NCBI GenBank assembly: GCA_038134595.1
Contig: JAYPVM010000009.1
Coordinates: 58,212-105,854, forward strand
DNA from: Pseudomonadota bacterium
Lineage (GTDB): Bacteria; Bdellovibrionota_C; UBA2361; OMII01
Direction of reading: 5' to 3'
Length of the DNA stretch: 47,643 nt
Positions 8,309 through 17,566 of this stretch are shown here, in pieces. The notes under the pieces are model-generated. The model was not told the origin of the DNA. It saw only the letters and a list, made by a program, of their open reading frames with translations, and did no database searches. The position numbers and the translations under genes are program-made. Position 1 is the stretch's first letter; every line of letters starts with the position of its first letter.

Positions 8309-9211
8309 CTACTCACTCGACAAGCGAACTCGCGCGGGCATAACAGATAACACCTTAATCCCTTCAGGAACATCTATTCGAACCGGCATGTCAGTATTGA
8401 CCTGTTCTGCATCAGATATGCGTACGTACGGCACTATTGTATTTGAATCAACATCTCCGACCAAACCCGCTGGGCCCGAGATCGAAACATTCACCGATTC
8501 AGGCATAATCTTCAAGCTGGGCAGGCGAACTGATGCTCGGAGCTCAACGGGTAAGGAGTTGAACTCCCGGTCGGTGGGTGGCTTGCTAACCCGAACATGC
8601 GCAACTATCGAGCTCAGAGAGGGCACTACTCTCGGATTCCCCGTGTGAATTTTCAGAATAATATCCCCGGGCGATACTATCTCAGAGAGGTTAAGTGGCT
8701 CGGTCTCTACAAACTTAACCTTCTTGACATCAGGACGAGGCCCATGAATCGAAAGCCCCTTCGGCTTTGTATCGATCCCCTCAAGAATCAACCCATTAGA
8801 TAGCTGACCCGTTGTAACCACCCTTACAGGCACTTCATACTGCTCAACTGCCTCAAGTCCAAACTCCATTTGCGCCGGTTCAATAGACAACACTTCAATT
8901 GAAGGGGGCAAGTTAAGGTCAGCAATCTGAAAATTAACGCGCGCCCGGTCTCGTGTCTGATCTGGCAGCCGGGCTCTGAGGGTTGGTGGCGAGGAAGCTA
9001 GTGGGCCAATCAAGAACGAAGGGCCCCTAATGGTAATCTGAACAGAGCGCTGAGCGGGGGACACAACAACTCGATCGTATGGAATATTTTTAAGCTCCAC
9101 AGGAACAAAAATACTAACAACACTCGCGTTTCCGGTACTATGGACTGCATAGGCTAACACGAGCGCGATGAACAAAGATGCAATTTTTAATCCCAGGTTT
9201 TTTGCAATCAT
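8309..9211 (-). CDS. cdaR: CdaR/YbbR-domain diadenylate cyclase regulator
   Basis: N-terminal NLGLKIASLFIAL transmembrane anchor, repeated YbbR-like V.I.GP beta domains; sits between cdaA and glmM. Confidence 0.8.
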   Translation of the reverse strand: MIAKNLGLKIASLFIALVLAYAVHSTGNASVVSIFVPVELKNIPYDRVVVSPAQRSVQITIRGPSFLIGPLASSPPTLRARLPDQTRDRARVNFQIADLNLPPSIEVLSIEPAQMEFGLEAVEQYEVPVRVVTTGQLSNGLILEGIDTKPKGLSIHGPRPDVKKVKFVETEPLNLSEIVSPGDIILKIHTGNPRVVPSLSSIVAHVRVSKPPTDREFNSLPVELRASVRLPSLKIMPESVNVSISGPAGLVGDVDSNTIVPYVRISDAEQVNTDMPVRIDVPEGIKVLSVMPARVRLSSE

Positions 9212-10008
9212 GCTTTACCCTTACTCTTGCGAGACTGCTCAGTCGTCTCACCTCGCTCAAACTGCTCAAGCATTCCTGCCACCTTTGATGTTTCAACATT
9301 CCGGAATATCGCTCCATCAGCGAGCAATGTAACCGAGCCAGATTCCTCTGAAACAACAATAACCACGGCATCGCTTCGCTCCGTAATCCCTAACGCAGCA
9401 CGATGTCTAGTACCGAAACTAGGATCAATGTCCGGATTCGAACTCAGAGGTAATACCACCCCCGCTGCTCGAATTATCCCTCCCTCAATGATAACAGCGC
9501 CGTCATGGAGCGCACTCTCTTTGACAAAAATGCTAAACAAAAGTTTTCTACTAAGCCTGGCGTCAAGCTTAACACTATCCTCAATAAGTTCATCTAGGCC
9601 CACATCACGCTCTAAAACGATAAGAGCTCCCACCCGGGCTCTTGAAAGCTTTCCAACTGCAACTCCAATTTCATCGAAGTGTGACATCTGCTCCATTCGC
9701 CCGCCTGAGAAAAGCAATGGATGGGCTCCCACCTTTGTTAAGGTGCGTCGAATTTCATCCTGAAAAATTACGACAATAACAAGGATGATAGAGCTCAAAA
9801 AATTATCAATGAGCCATCCCAGAGCAACCAATCCCAAGGGTTGCGCGACAAAGTAAATGGTGGCTATCGCCAGCAAGCCGACCATCATGGGCATTGCCCG
9901 AGTCCCACGTATTACCATTAATGCCCGGTATACTAAAAACCAGACTATCCCGAGATCCACTACCCAGGAAATGATCGGTGCCATCCCTTTGATCGCAGAT
10001 AAACTCAT
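9208..10008 (-). CDS. cdaA: Diadenylate cyclase CdaA (DacA)
   Basis: Three N-terminal TM segments, IFQDEIRR, catalytic HDGA and GTRHRAA motifs, VSEESG. Confidence 0.93.
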   Translation of the reverse strand: MSLSAIKGMAPIISWVVDLGIVWFLVYRALMVIRGTRAMPMMVGLLAIATIYFVAQPLGLVALGWLIDNFLSSIILVIVVIFQDEIRRTLTKVGAHPLLFSGGRMEQMSHFDEIGVAVGKLSRARVGALIVLERDVGLDELIEDSVKLDARLSRKLLFSIFVKESALHDGAVIIEGGIIRAAGVVLPLSSNPDIDPSFGTRHRAALGITERSDAVVIVVSEESGSVTLLADGAIFRNVETSKVAGMLEQFERGETTEQSRKSKGKA

Positions 10009-10050
10009 GGCTCCTCTTAAAGACTCTTAGTTTGCATAGAACTGACGCAC

Positions 10051-11910
10051 CTAGGCAGCAACCGATACACTCGATGACTTGTCTCCCCCGTCCGGAGGAC
10101 ACGGCGGCAAGCTTTCACCTTTAAGAATCTTGTCAATCTCCTCGGCATCAAGGGTCTCACGCTCCATCACAGCCTTGGCAAGATTGTGAAGAACCTCCAG
10201 GTTCTCTGAGACTATTTTCCTTGCGATATTGTACTGCGCCTCTAGGATGCGTTTCACCTCCTGATCTATCTCAAGCTGAATTGCCTCAGAATGCTCCCTC
10301 GGCTTACCGATGTCACGACCGAGAAAAACGTGCTCATCCTTCGTATCGTAGTGGACTGGCCCAACCGATGAGCTCATTCCCCACTCACAAACCATACGAC
10401 GTGCAATCTCAGTAGCGCGTTGAATGTCCGAGCTTGCCCCAGTGTTCATTTCGTCAAAAACCAGCTCCTCCGCCACTCGTCCACCGAAAAATACTGCTAG
10501 CTGGTCCATCCAGTACGAACGTGAATACGTATGCTTGTCAGTCTCTGGCAACTGTTGCATGAGCCCAAGAGCCATACCACGAGGAACAATAGTGAGCTTA
10601 TGGACAGGGTCTGCATGAGGCAATTTCTTTGCAACAAGCGCATGGCCAGACTCGTGATAAGCTGTCGTGAGCTTCTCTTTTTCCGATAAGAGCATCGACC
10701 GCCGTTCGGCACCCATCATTACCTTGTCTTTGGCATACTCGAAATCATCTCGTTCAACCACACTCTTGTTGTTGCGGGCAGCATACAGCGCGGCCTCGTT
10801 GACAAGTATCTCCAAATCCGCGCCGGAGAAACCAGGCGTGCCCCGAGCTACTACTGAGAGATCGACATCTTCTCCGATAGGCACCTTCTTGGCATGAACA
10901 TTTAAGATACCAAGACGGCCGTTTAAATCCGGCCGAGGGACCACAACCCTCCTATCAAACCGTCCGGGCCGAAGCAGTGCCGGATCAAGCACGTCTGGGC
11001 GATTGGTTGCAGCGATTAGAATGACTCCTTCGTTGCTCTCAAAACCATCCATTTCAACTAGCAATTGATTGAGTGTCTGCTCCCGTTCATCATGACCACC
11101 ACCCATGCCGGCTCCCCTGTGGCGACCAACAGCATCAATTTCGTCTATGAAAATAATACACGGAGCATTTTTCTTCCCCTGAATGAACAAATCCCGTACT
11201 CGAGAGGCTCCAACTCCAACAAACATCTCGACGAAATCCGAGCCAGAGATACTGAAAAAGGGGACTCCAGCTTCGCCAGCAATTGCCTTAGCCAATAGCG
11301 TCTTTCCAGTTCCTGGCGACCCCACCAAAAGAACTCCCTTGGGAATCCGGCCGCCGAGCCTAGTAAACTTCTTAGGGTCCTTCAGAAACGCGATGATTTC
11401 CTCTAGCTCCGAACGAGCTTCATCGATTCCAGCCACATCGGCAAACGTCACCTTCGCCTGACTCTCAGTTAGAAGCTTCGCTCGAGACTTACCAAAACTC
11501 ATACCTTTTCCAGCGCCCATCTGAACCTGACGCCAGAACAGGAACCATATCCCGAGAAATAGCAATATCGGCAACGCGTTTAACAAAAACAACATGTAGG
11601 ACGACTGATCGCCAGGATCGGAGACCTCAATATCAACCCCCTGCTTCCGAAGGAGAGGAATCATCTGATCGTCATTTGGAATCGTCGTGCGAAACTTTTC
11701 AAATCCCCCCTCCTTGGAGCGAAATTCACCGATTACCGCGGGCCCTTCTATGCGGACGGTTCGCACTCGTCCGTTTTCAACCTCATGAAGAAAATCGCTG
11801 TATGTAAGTGGCCGTGGATGCTCGGTGTTACCTTTAATGAGGCTAAACCCCATGAGCACCACTAACACTAATCCAACCCAAAAAAGACCGTTCTTGCTCA
11901 CTTGATTCAC
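10051..11910 (-). CDS. ftsH: ATP-dependent zinc metalloprotease FtsH
   Basis: Two TM segments, [21 protein letters not shown] motif [10 protein letters not shown], zinc motif HESGH. Confidence 0.97.
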   Translation of the reverse strand: MNQVSKNGLFWVGLVLVVLMGFSLIKGNTEHPRPLTYSDFLHEVENGRVRTVRIEGPAVIGEFRSKEGGFEKFRTTIPNDDQMIPLLRKQGVDIEVSDPGDQSSYMLFLLNALPILLFLGIWFLFWRQVQMGAGKGMSFGKSRAKLLTESQAKVTFADVAGIDEARSELEEIIAFLKDPKKFTRLGGRIPKGVLLVGSPGTGKTLLAKAIAGEAGVPFFSISGSDFVEMFVGVGASRVRDLFIQGKKNAPCIIFIDEIDAVGRHRGAGMGGGHDEREQTLNQLLVEMDGFESNEGVILIAATNRPDVLDPALLRPGRFDRRVVVPRPDLNGRLGILNVHAKKVPIGEDVDLSVVARGTPGFSGADLEILVNEAALYAARNNKSVVERDDFEYAKDKVMMGAERRSMLLSEKEKLTTAYHESGHALVAKKLPHADPVHKLTIVPRGMALGLMQQLPETDKHTYSRSYWMDQLAVFFGGRVAEELVFDEMNTGASSDIQRATEIARRMVCEWGMSSSVGPVHYDTKDEHVFLGRDIGKPREHSEAIQLEIDQEVKRILEAQYNIARKIVSENLEVLHNLAKAVMERETLDAEEIDKILKGESLPPCPPDGGDKSSSVSVAA

Positions 11911-12307
11911 CTTAGACTAAATTCAACCGCCAAACTCTTAGAAGCCTTCGAATACCGTGTCTTTCAAACACTACACTAGAGCTCTAGGAGTCACACACAC
12001 TTCGACGAAAGGTTCAGACCGCCGCCGAATATAAACGCCGCCTTACCCTCAAACACCACCCTAACCATAAACGATCGAGGGTCAACAGACCATCGGGCAT
12101 TTCTAGGAAGTTACGTCCCAATCCAACTCAATCCTAGATCACAAGTACCAACAGGAAAAGTAGATAGCTTGGGCACTTATGGAGTCTAACACGGTAAAAA
12201 ATAAACGCAAAAAAACCTTTTATACCCGCTAGGGCCATACGACAACGAGCTAGCTGGGCCAAATATCCCGCAGATCGAAATCATAGAACAGATGCCAATT
12301 CCCAAAG

Positions 12308-13267
12308 CTATTTAGAGCGAAAAGAAACTCCTCGCTTCGATAGGACCACGAATAAATTTCTTGAAAGCTGCACTTTACCCCTTCCGAGCAGGAGCATATT
12401 AAGCACATCCTTCGCCTTTTGCTCACTAATGCCACGAGGCACATATACACGAAACAACTCTTGAACGATTCTCCACTGCAAGGATTTGGGCACCCTCTTA
12501 ACGACCCCTATAAAACCTTCGTACCACGGCTCCGATTCCGCTTCGACACACCCAATGGCACTTACGTAATCTTTAACAACCTCTCGGAATCCAGCGTAGT
12601 CGGCGTTCAGGGCCTGACCACGCTCAGCGAGGCTCCACACCACCGACTCCCCAAACAATTGCTGCAACGGGGGAATAACCTCATGTCGTATCCGATTTCG
12701 GACAAACGAAACATCGGCGTTTGAATCATCTTCCACCCAAGGTATGTCATACCGAGAAATATACTCCTCGATTTGCTCACGACTAATTTCTATCAAGGGT
12801 CGTATCAGTCGCCTCTCTTCATCGAATTCTCGAATCCCCGACAGCTCTTTATTAGCGATCAACCTCATCAGAAGCGTTTCCGCCACATCATTGGCAGTAT
12901 GGGCCGTCACCATATATTCCAGATCATTGGCAGTTCGGCACTCGGTTAACGCAGCATAGCGAAGTTCTCGTGCCCATCCTTCGATATTCTGGCGTCGCGG
13001 TTTTCTGGGTAATTTAACACCATGACACCTCACGGAGAGCTTGTTGCACTCCTCAACGACAAACTTTGCATGATTGGCACTATCGACCCGAAGACCATGA
13101 TCAACGTGACACACCTCAATATGCGTCTTAAACAAACGTTGATTACTTGCTAAACTATGAAGCATAGCCATCGAGTCCTTGCCGCCAGACACAGCTAACA
13201 GCAAAGAGGAGCCTTCGGGAATACGACTCTGCAACGCCCCTCTTATCGACTTACGACGCTTAGACAC
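12308..13267 (-). CDS. tilS: tRNA(Ile)-lysidine synthase (short form)
   Basis: AVSGGKDSM PP-loop, HVDHGLR, ARELRY, TAHTANDVAET, RPL, D.SN, RNRIRH. Confidence 0.92.
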   Translation of the reverse strand: MSKRRKSIRGALQSRIPEGSSLLLAVSGGKDSMAMLHSLASNQRLFKTHIEVCHVDHGLRVDSANHAKFVVEECNKLSVRCHGVKLPRKPRRQNIEGWARELRYAALTECRTANDLEYMVTAHTANDVAETLLMRLIANKELSGIREFDEERRLIRPLIEISREQIEEYISRYDIPWVEDDSNADVSFVRNRIRHEVIPPLQQLFGESVVWSLAERGQALNADYAGFREVVKDYVSAIGCVEAESEPWYEGFIGVVKRVPKSLQWRIVQELFRVYVPRGISEQKAKDVLNMLLLGRGKVQLSRNLFVVLSKRGVSFRSK

Positions 13268-13299
13268 AGAGCTTCTCTCTTATTTCAATAATCTCTTCT

Positions 13300-13725
13300 C
13301 TACCCGTCCGTCGGTACTCTACGGAGGTTGTCTAGACTAAAAGCACCAGGACCCGTAAACGCCAAGCCGGCCAAAGCCCCGAGTACGACTATATCTTTGT
13401 TGAAAATATCGGACGACCCCGGAAACAAGCCGAATGCCCAAATAAAAGAAACTATCATCAATCCACCTACGATCGACGACAAGGTAGTCCAGAGACCAAG
13501 GATCAAGCACCCCCCAACAAACAACTCTAAGTAAGGAAGCGTAACCCCGTAAAGATACGCTCCGTTATCAGGAAGAATTCCAAACGCCTTAACGTGGGCG
13601 AGAAAGCCTGCCAAGATCTGAAGCTTACTTAGGCCCGCCATCAAAAAATATGCGCCAACACTCATCCTGATCCATAAAGGCCCCATCGAAGGATCGCCGA
13701 TAGGCACATTGATTTTAATAGCCAT
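13300..13725 (-). CDS. DoxX/MauE family membrane protein (second copy)
   Basis: R...G..FL.AG.SK, LPYLELFVGGCLILGLWT, C-terminal GPGAFSLD; ATG at 13725 preferred over TTG at 13740. Confidence 0.8.
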   Translation of the reverse strand: MAIKINVPIGDPSMGPLWIRMSVGAYFLMAGLSKLQILAGFLAHVKAFGILPDNGAYLYGVTLPYLELFVGGCLILGLWTTLSSIVGGLMIVSFIWAFGLFPGSSDIFNKDIVVLGALAGLAFTGPGAFSLDNLRRVPTDG

Positions 13726-13843
13726 GATCTGCCTGTTCAATTTGTAAATTAATTATTTTTCAAAATAAATGTGGTCTGCCACCAAAACCCTCTTGTCAAC
13801 TCGGTCAAGTTTTGAGCAATAAGTAAATGTTAACCAATAAAAT

Positions 13844-13867
13844 TAGTTTAGCAACCCACCTAAACTA
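13844..13867. promoter_or_regulatory. Palindromic putative operator
   Basis: Perfect TAGTTTAG-N8-CTAAACTA in the divergent doxX/moxR intergenic region. Confidence 0.3.
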
Positions 13868-13941
13868 TCCGAAATCAAACCAGCGCAGTTATTTCACTAT
13901 CACAATTGTCCCGTTAGGGTATCGTAGGACAACGTAAGTTA

Positions 13942-13971
13942 TTGACAATATGAGACCTCTATCTCTATCCT
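13942..13971 (+). promoter_or_regulatory. Possible sigma70 promoter of the moxR/bat operon
   Basis: TTGACA-N18-TATCCT about 230 nt upstream of moxR. Confidence 0.35.
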
Positions 13972-14203
13972 TTGGGTGTAATGTGGTAGGCGGCCAATAG
14001 TGGTATCGGATAATACAGCTCCGAACCTAGCCTTTGTGACGTCTAGGCATGAGGTTGCGTGATACAAAAGAAAAACAAAGCGCCCCGGTCGCCCCTCGCT
14101 TAACAAACTTGTGCAGTGATGACCACTTCTTTAGATGATACAAGCTTACGCGGGCAGAAATCGCTGGGTGGTTTGAAAATAACAGTTAAGGGCTAGTGAT
14201 ACC

Positions 14204-15184
14204 ATGGAAACAGAGCTCAATCAGCAAAGCAATGGCAGTGAACCTCGCGTCTTTCAGGAAATCAAAGACTCCGTTCACAAGAGAATTATAGGACAAGAGG
14301 TACTGATCGATCGTATTTTAATCGCACTACTTGCCGATGGACATGTTCTACTAGAGGGCGTTCCTGGTCTCGCTAAAACGAGAACCCTATTAGCCATTAC
14401 CGAGAGCATCGAAGCGAAAATGGCGCGAATTCAATTTACACCTGATCTCCTTCCCTCGGATATTATCGGAACCGAGGTGTATCAACCCCAAACAGGTTCG
14501 TTTTCCACTAGAACCGGACCGATTTTTACAAACCTGTTATTGGCCGACGAGATCAACAGAGCGCCCGCAAAGGTCCAATCCGCTTTGTTGCAAGCAATGC
14601 AAGAGAGAGCAGTCACCATCGGACACGAAACATATACACTTCCATCTCCCTTTATGGTCCTTGCAACTCAAAATCCTATTGAGCAAGAGGGAACCTATAC
14701 GTTACCCGAGGCGCAGGTTGATAGATTTTTAATGAAGGTCGTCGTTAAATACCCCTCTTTTGACGAGGAAATAAAAATCATCAACCTCGACTCTCCTCAA
14801 AACGATGCTTCTTCACCTTTAAAAAAAGTCATAACAACAGAGGACATCCCAAAGTATCGCAAGGAAATGCAAACCATCTATGCCGATGAGAAAATAGACA
14901 GATATATTGTGTCACTCGTTCATGCCACACGAACTCCAAACGCGTATGGTTTAGAGGGTATGGTTGAGTGGGGAGCATCACCTCGGGCTAGTATCGCGCT
15001 CAAGCAGTGCGCTAGAGCACATGCGTATCTGCGTGATAACGATTTCATCTCGCCCGATGACGTCAAGGCGCTTGCCCCAGACGTCCTACGTCATCGAATA
15101 CTGGTTTCTTTCGAAGCCGAGGCGCGGGGGGTTACAAGCGACGATATTATCACTACTCTTTTAGACTCAATAGCAGTTCCTTAG
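14204..15184 (+). CDS. moxR: MoxR family AAA+ ATPase
   Basis: HVLLEGVPGLAKT, RIQFTPDLLPSD, LADEINRAPAKVQSALL, ATQNPIEQEGTY.LPEAQ.DRF, GASPRA. Confidence 0.93.
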   Translation: METELNQQSNGSEPRVFQEIKDSVHKRIIGQEVLIDRILIALLADGHVLLEGVPGLAKTRTLLAITESIEAKMARIQFTPDLLPSDIIGTEVYQPQTGSFSTRTGPIFTNLLLADEINRAPAKVQSALLQAMQERAVTIGHETYTLPSPFMVLATQNPIEQEGTYTLPEAQVDRFLMKVVVKYPSFDEEIKIINLDSPQNDASSPLKKVITTEDIPKYRKEMQTIYADEKIDRYIVSLVHATRTPNAYGLEGMVEWGASPRASIALKQCARAHAYLRDNDFISPDDVKALAPDVLRHRILVSFEAEARGVTSDDIITTLLDSIAVP

Positions 15185-15195
15185 CACAATCTCCT

Positions 15196-16071
15196 ATGAC
15201 TGCCTCCACGATCCATCGATACAACATAAAGAGGCTTGAACTACGATCATCTAAGCTCGTCTCCGGCAATCTCCTGGGCAGATACCGTTCAGCGTTTCGT
15301 GGGTCTGGAATGGAATATGCTGACCTTCGCGAATACAATCCCGGCGACGACGTAAAGCATATTCACTGGAAGGCTACGGCTCGCTCCACTTCGGCATTTG
15401 TCAAATCCTATCGCGAAGAGCGACAACTTAGAGTGCTACTTGCTGTCGATACCAGCGCGTCCATGCGCCTTCCCGCCCAGGGACGCTCATGGGCTCTTGC
15501 GGTTGAGTTCTGCTCCCTCATTGGAGCCTTGACACTTCGATCGAACGACCTGCTTGGGTTGATGACATTCTCAGACAGAATTGAATCCTGCACTCCTACA
15601 CGATCAGGTCCAAAAGCATACAGCCAGGCTTTAGCGACATTGCTAGCCTCTGCGGAGACGCCCCGGGGTGGTACCGATCTAAGTGGCGTTCTAACACACC
15701 TCTCGGATACAGTACGAAAATCTACCGTCGTATTTATCGTCTCAGACTTCGCAACTCAGTACCCACGAGAAGCTCTACGAAAAGCAGCAAGCCGGCACGA
15801 CATTATTCTCGTGCAAATGCAACCTCCAATCCCCCCGGATAAACCCTTAGGTATCGTAAACCTCATAGATCCAGAGACAGGAGAAGTTTGTAAAGTTGAC
15901 ACCTCAAATAAAAAAACTCGCAATGCCTGGATACAGTCAATCCATGATGATCGCCAAGAGCTCGCGTTGATGGCCGCGAAAGAAGGAGCCGCTCATATAA
16001 CTATCAACAACGACATCCTTCGGCCCTTACAGGAGCTCATGAACGTACGAAGTAAAAGGATTGCCCGATGA
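15196..16071 (+). CDS. DUF58 domain protein
   Basis: G.YRS.FRG.G.EY.DLREY.PGDD...I.WKATAR, VDTSASM, VSDF; follows moxR. Confidence 0.9.
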   Translation: MTASTIHRYNIKRLELRSSKLVSGNLLGRYRSAFRGSGMEYADLREYNPGDDVKHIHWKATARSTSAFVKSYREERQLRVLLAVDTSASMRLPAQGRSWALAVEFCSLIGALTLRSNDLLGLMTFSDRIESCTPTRSGPKAYSQALATLLASAETPRGGTDLSGVLTHLSDTVRKSTVVFIVSDFATQYPREALRKAASRHDIILVQMQPPIPPDKPLGIVNLIDPETGEVCKVDTSNKKTRNAWIQSIHDDRQELALMAAKEGAAHITINNDILRPLQELMNVRSKRIAR

Positions 16072-16577
16072 CTCCTATCGCGACCTCTCAGGACGTTCCG
16101 TATGATATTTTACCACCTCAACGAGGGCCGCTCGTTCCAGATACAGGCCTATGGGTTTTGTTAATCGCTCTTGTGCTCATTGGTGCCCTACTATCTCGAA
16201 TCAAACTAAAACATCGGGGGTCAAGCCTTCCAAAACTGTTAGCCCAACTTACAAAAGAGATTGAAACTGCGGACGGGGGATATATCGCACAACACACCTC
16301 AAGTATATCAAGACTCCTTCGCCGCGCGGCTGGCTATTACCTTTCGGAAGACCTTACAGCCAAAACATCTGAGGAGCTTCGCACTATCCTCTCACACCAA
16401 GAACTAACGGAAGTACCAAAGAAAAAACCCACAGAGGTCCAACTCATAACCCTTCTCATTACCCTTGAAGACCTGGCTTATCGGGGAAACGACCGCAACG
16501 ACTTTAATCTCTCTGAACTAAAACTCTTACTTCAACAGACCCTAGAGGCTCTTCTCAACGAAAAGGGGGGGGCATGA
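16068..16577 (+). CDS. Hypothetical single-TM protein of the bat operon (DUF4381-like)
   Basis: YDI.PP before a TM segment, then a helical domain; translationally coupled to both neighbours. Confidence 0.6.
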   Translation: MTPIATSQDVPYDILPPQRGPLVPDTGLWVLLIALVLIGALLSRIKLKHRGSSLPKLLAQLTKEIETADGGYIAQHTSSISRLLRRAAGYYLSEDLTAKTSEELRTILSHQELTEVPKKKPTEVQLITLLITLEDLAYRGNDRNDFNLSELKLLLQQTLEALLNEKGGA

Positions 16578-17566
16578 CATTCCTCTATCCTTGGGTGCTG
16601 ATAGTCCCCTTTGCCTTCGGTGCTGTTAAACTATTGTGTAAACATAGGAATACGCGGTCAGTTCCTTACTTCAGCGCATCGGTTCTATCAAGAATTACTC
16701 CATCTCTTCGACTCCGAATCAGACAACCTCTACTCAATCTGCTTGAGATAGGCGTAGTGCTTACGCTCTCCATTGCCGTCGCCCGTCCTCAAAAAATCCT
16801 TCGATTAGACGAGGACCAACACGCCCGAAACATCATGCTCGTAATTGACACCTCTAACAGCATGTCCGGCCGCGATTTTCCCACAACTCTTGGCATGACA
16901 ACGAGGATGGAGGGAGTCAAAGCAGTCGTGGCAGAGTATGTCCGGTCACGTCAAAACGATCGTGTCGGCTTAATTGTTTTTGGCAACAGTGCATACTTAC
17001 AAAGCCCGTTAACAACAGACATATCGCTTGTTGAAAAGCTTGTCACGGACTTAACTCCAAGAATCGCGGGCGACGGCACTGCTATCGGAGATGGTCTGGG
17101 ATTAGCACTCAAACGACTTCGAGAAATGGATGGGGACTCAAAAGCAATTATTCTGATGACCGACGGCGTTAATACAGCCGGCCAGGTCAGCCCTTTAAAG
17201 GCAGCTGCTGTCGCCCGTTCACTCAATATTAAAGTGCATTCCATCGGAATAGGTTCAGGAGCTGTTGCACTAGGCTCCTCGGGAGTGCTCGATCTACTAG
17301 CCCGCTCTAGAAGAATGACTGTCGATATCGACGAAGAAACGCTTCGAAAAATAGCCTCAACAACTGGAGGAGTATACTTTAATGCCAACAGTCTGGATGA
17401 ATTCAAACAAGTCTACGATCAGATCCAACAGCTCCAGGAAAAGGAATTTGAGCAACCATCAAAGCTCATTGTGCAAGAGCTCTTTGCTCCCTGGGCATGG
17501 ATTAGTTTAGGCCTCTTATTTATCTTGATTCTGCTGGAATTTATCATCTTACGAGAGGTGCCATGA
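16574..17566 (+). CDS. BatA-like VWA domain membrane protein
   Basis: MTFLYPW start, ARPQ, MIDAS D-T-S-N-S, DRVGLIVFG, GTAIGDGL, MTDG. Confidence 0.88.
   Translation: MTFLYPWVLIVPFAFGAVKLLCKHRNTRSVPYFSASVLSRITPSLRLRIRQPLLNLLEIGVVLTLSIAVARPQKILRLDEDQHARNIMLVIDTSNSMSGRDFPTTLGMTTRMEGVKAVVAEYVRSRQNDRVGLIVFGNSAYLQSPLTTDISLVEKLVTDLTPRIAGDGTAIGDGLGLALKRLREMDGDSKAIILMTDGVNTAGQVSPLKAAAVARSLNIKVHSIGIGSGAVALGSSGVLDLLARSRRMTVDIDEETLRKIASTTGGVYFNANSLDEFKQVYDQIQQLQEKEFEQPSKLIVQELFAPWAWISLGLLFILILLEFIILREVP

Noticed and set aside
5957..11461. Many plus-strand ORFs (e.g. 7088..7678, 7775..8296, 9227..9763)
   Set aside because: S/P/T-rich antisense shadows of nnr, glmM, cdaR, cdaA and ftsH; the same applies to similar shadows throughout the window.
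11911..12307. tilS-ftsH gap as a tRNA, riboswitch or hpt remnant
   Set aside because: No cloverleaf, known riboswitch motif or hpt-like translation recognised by eye; an Rfam scan would be needed.
17102..17110. TTAGCACTC CIRCE half-site
   Set aside because: It lies inside the batA-like coding sequence and lacks the second half-site.
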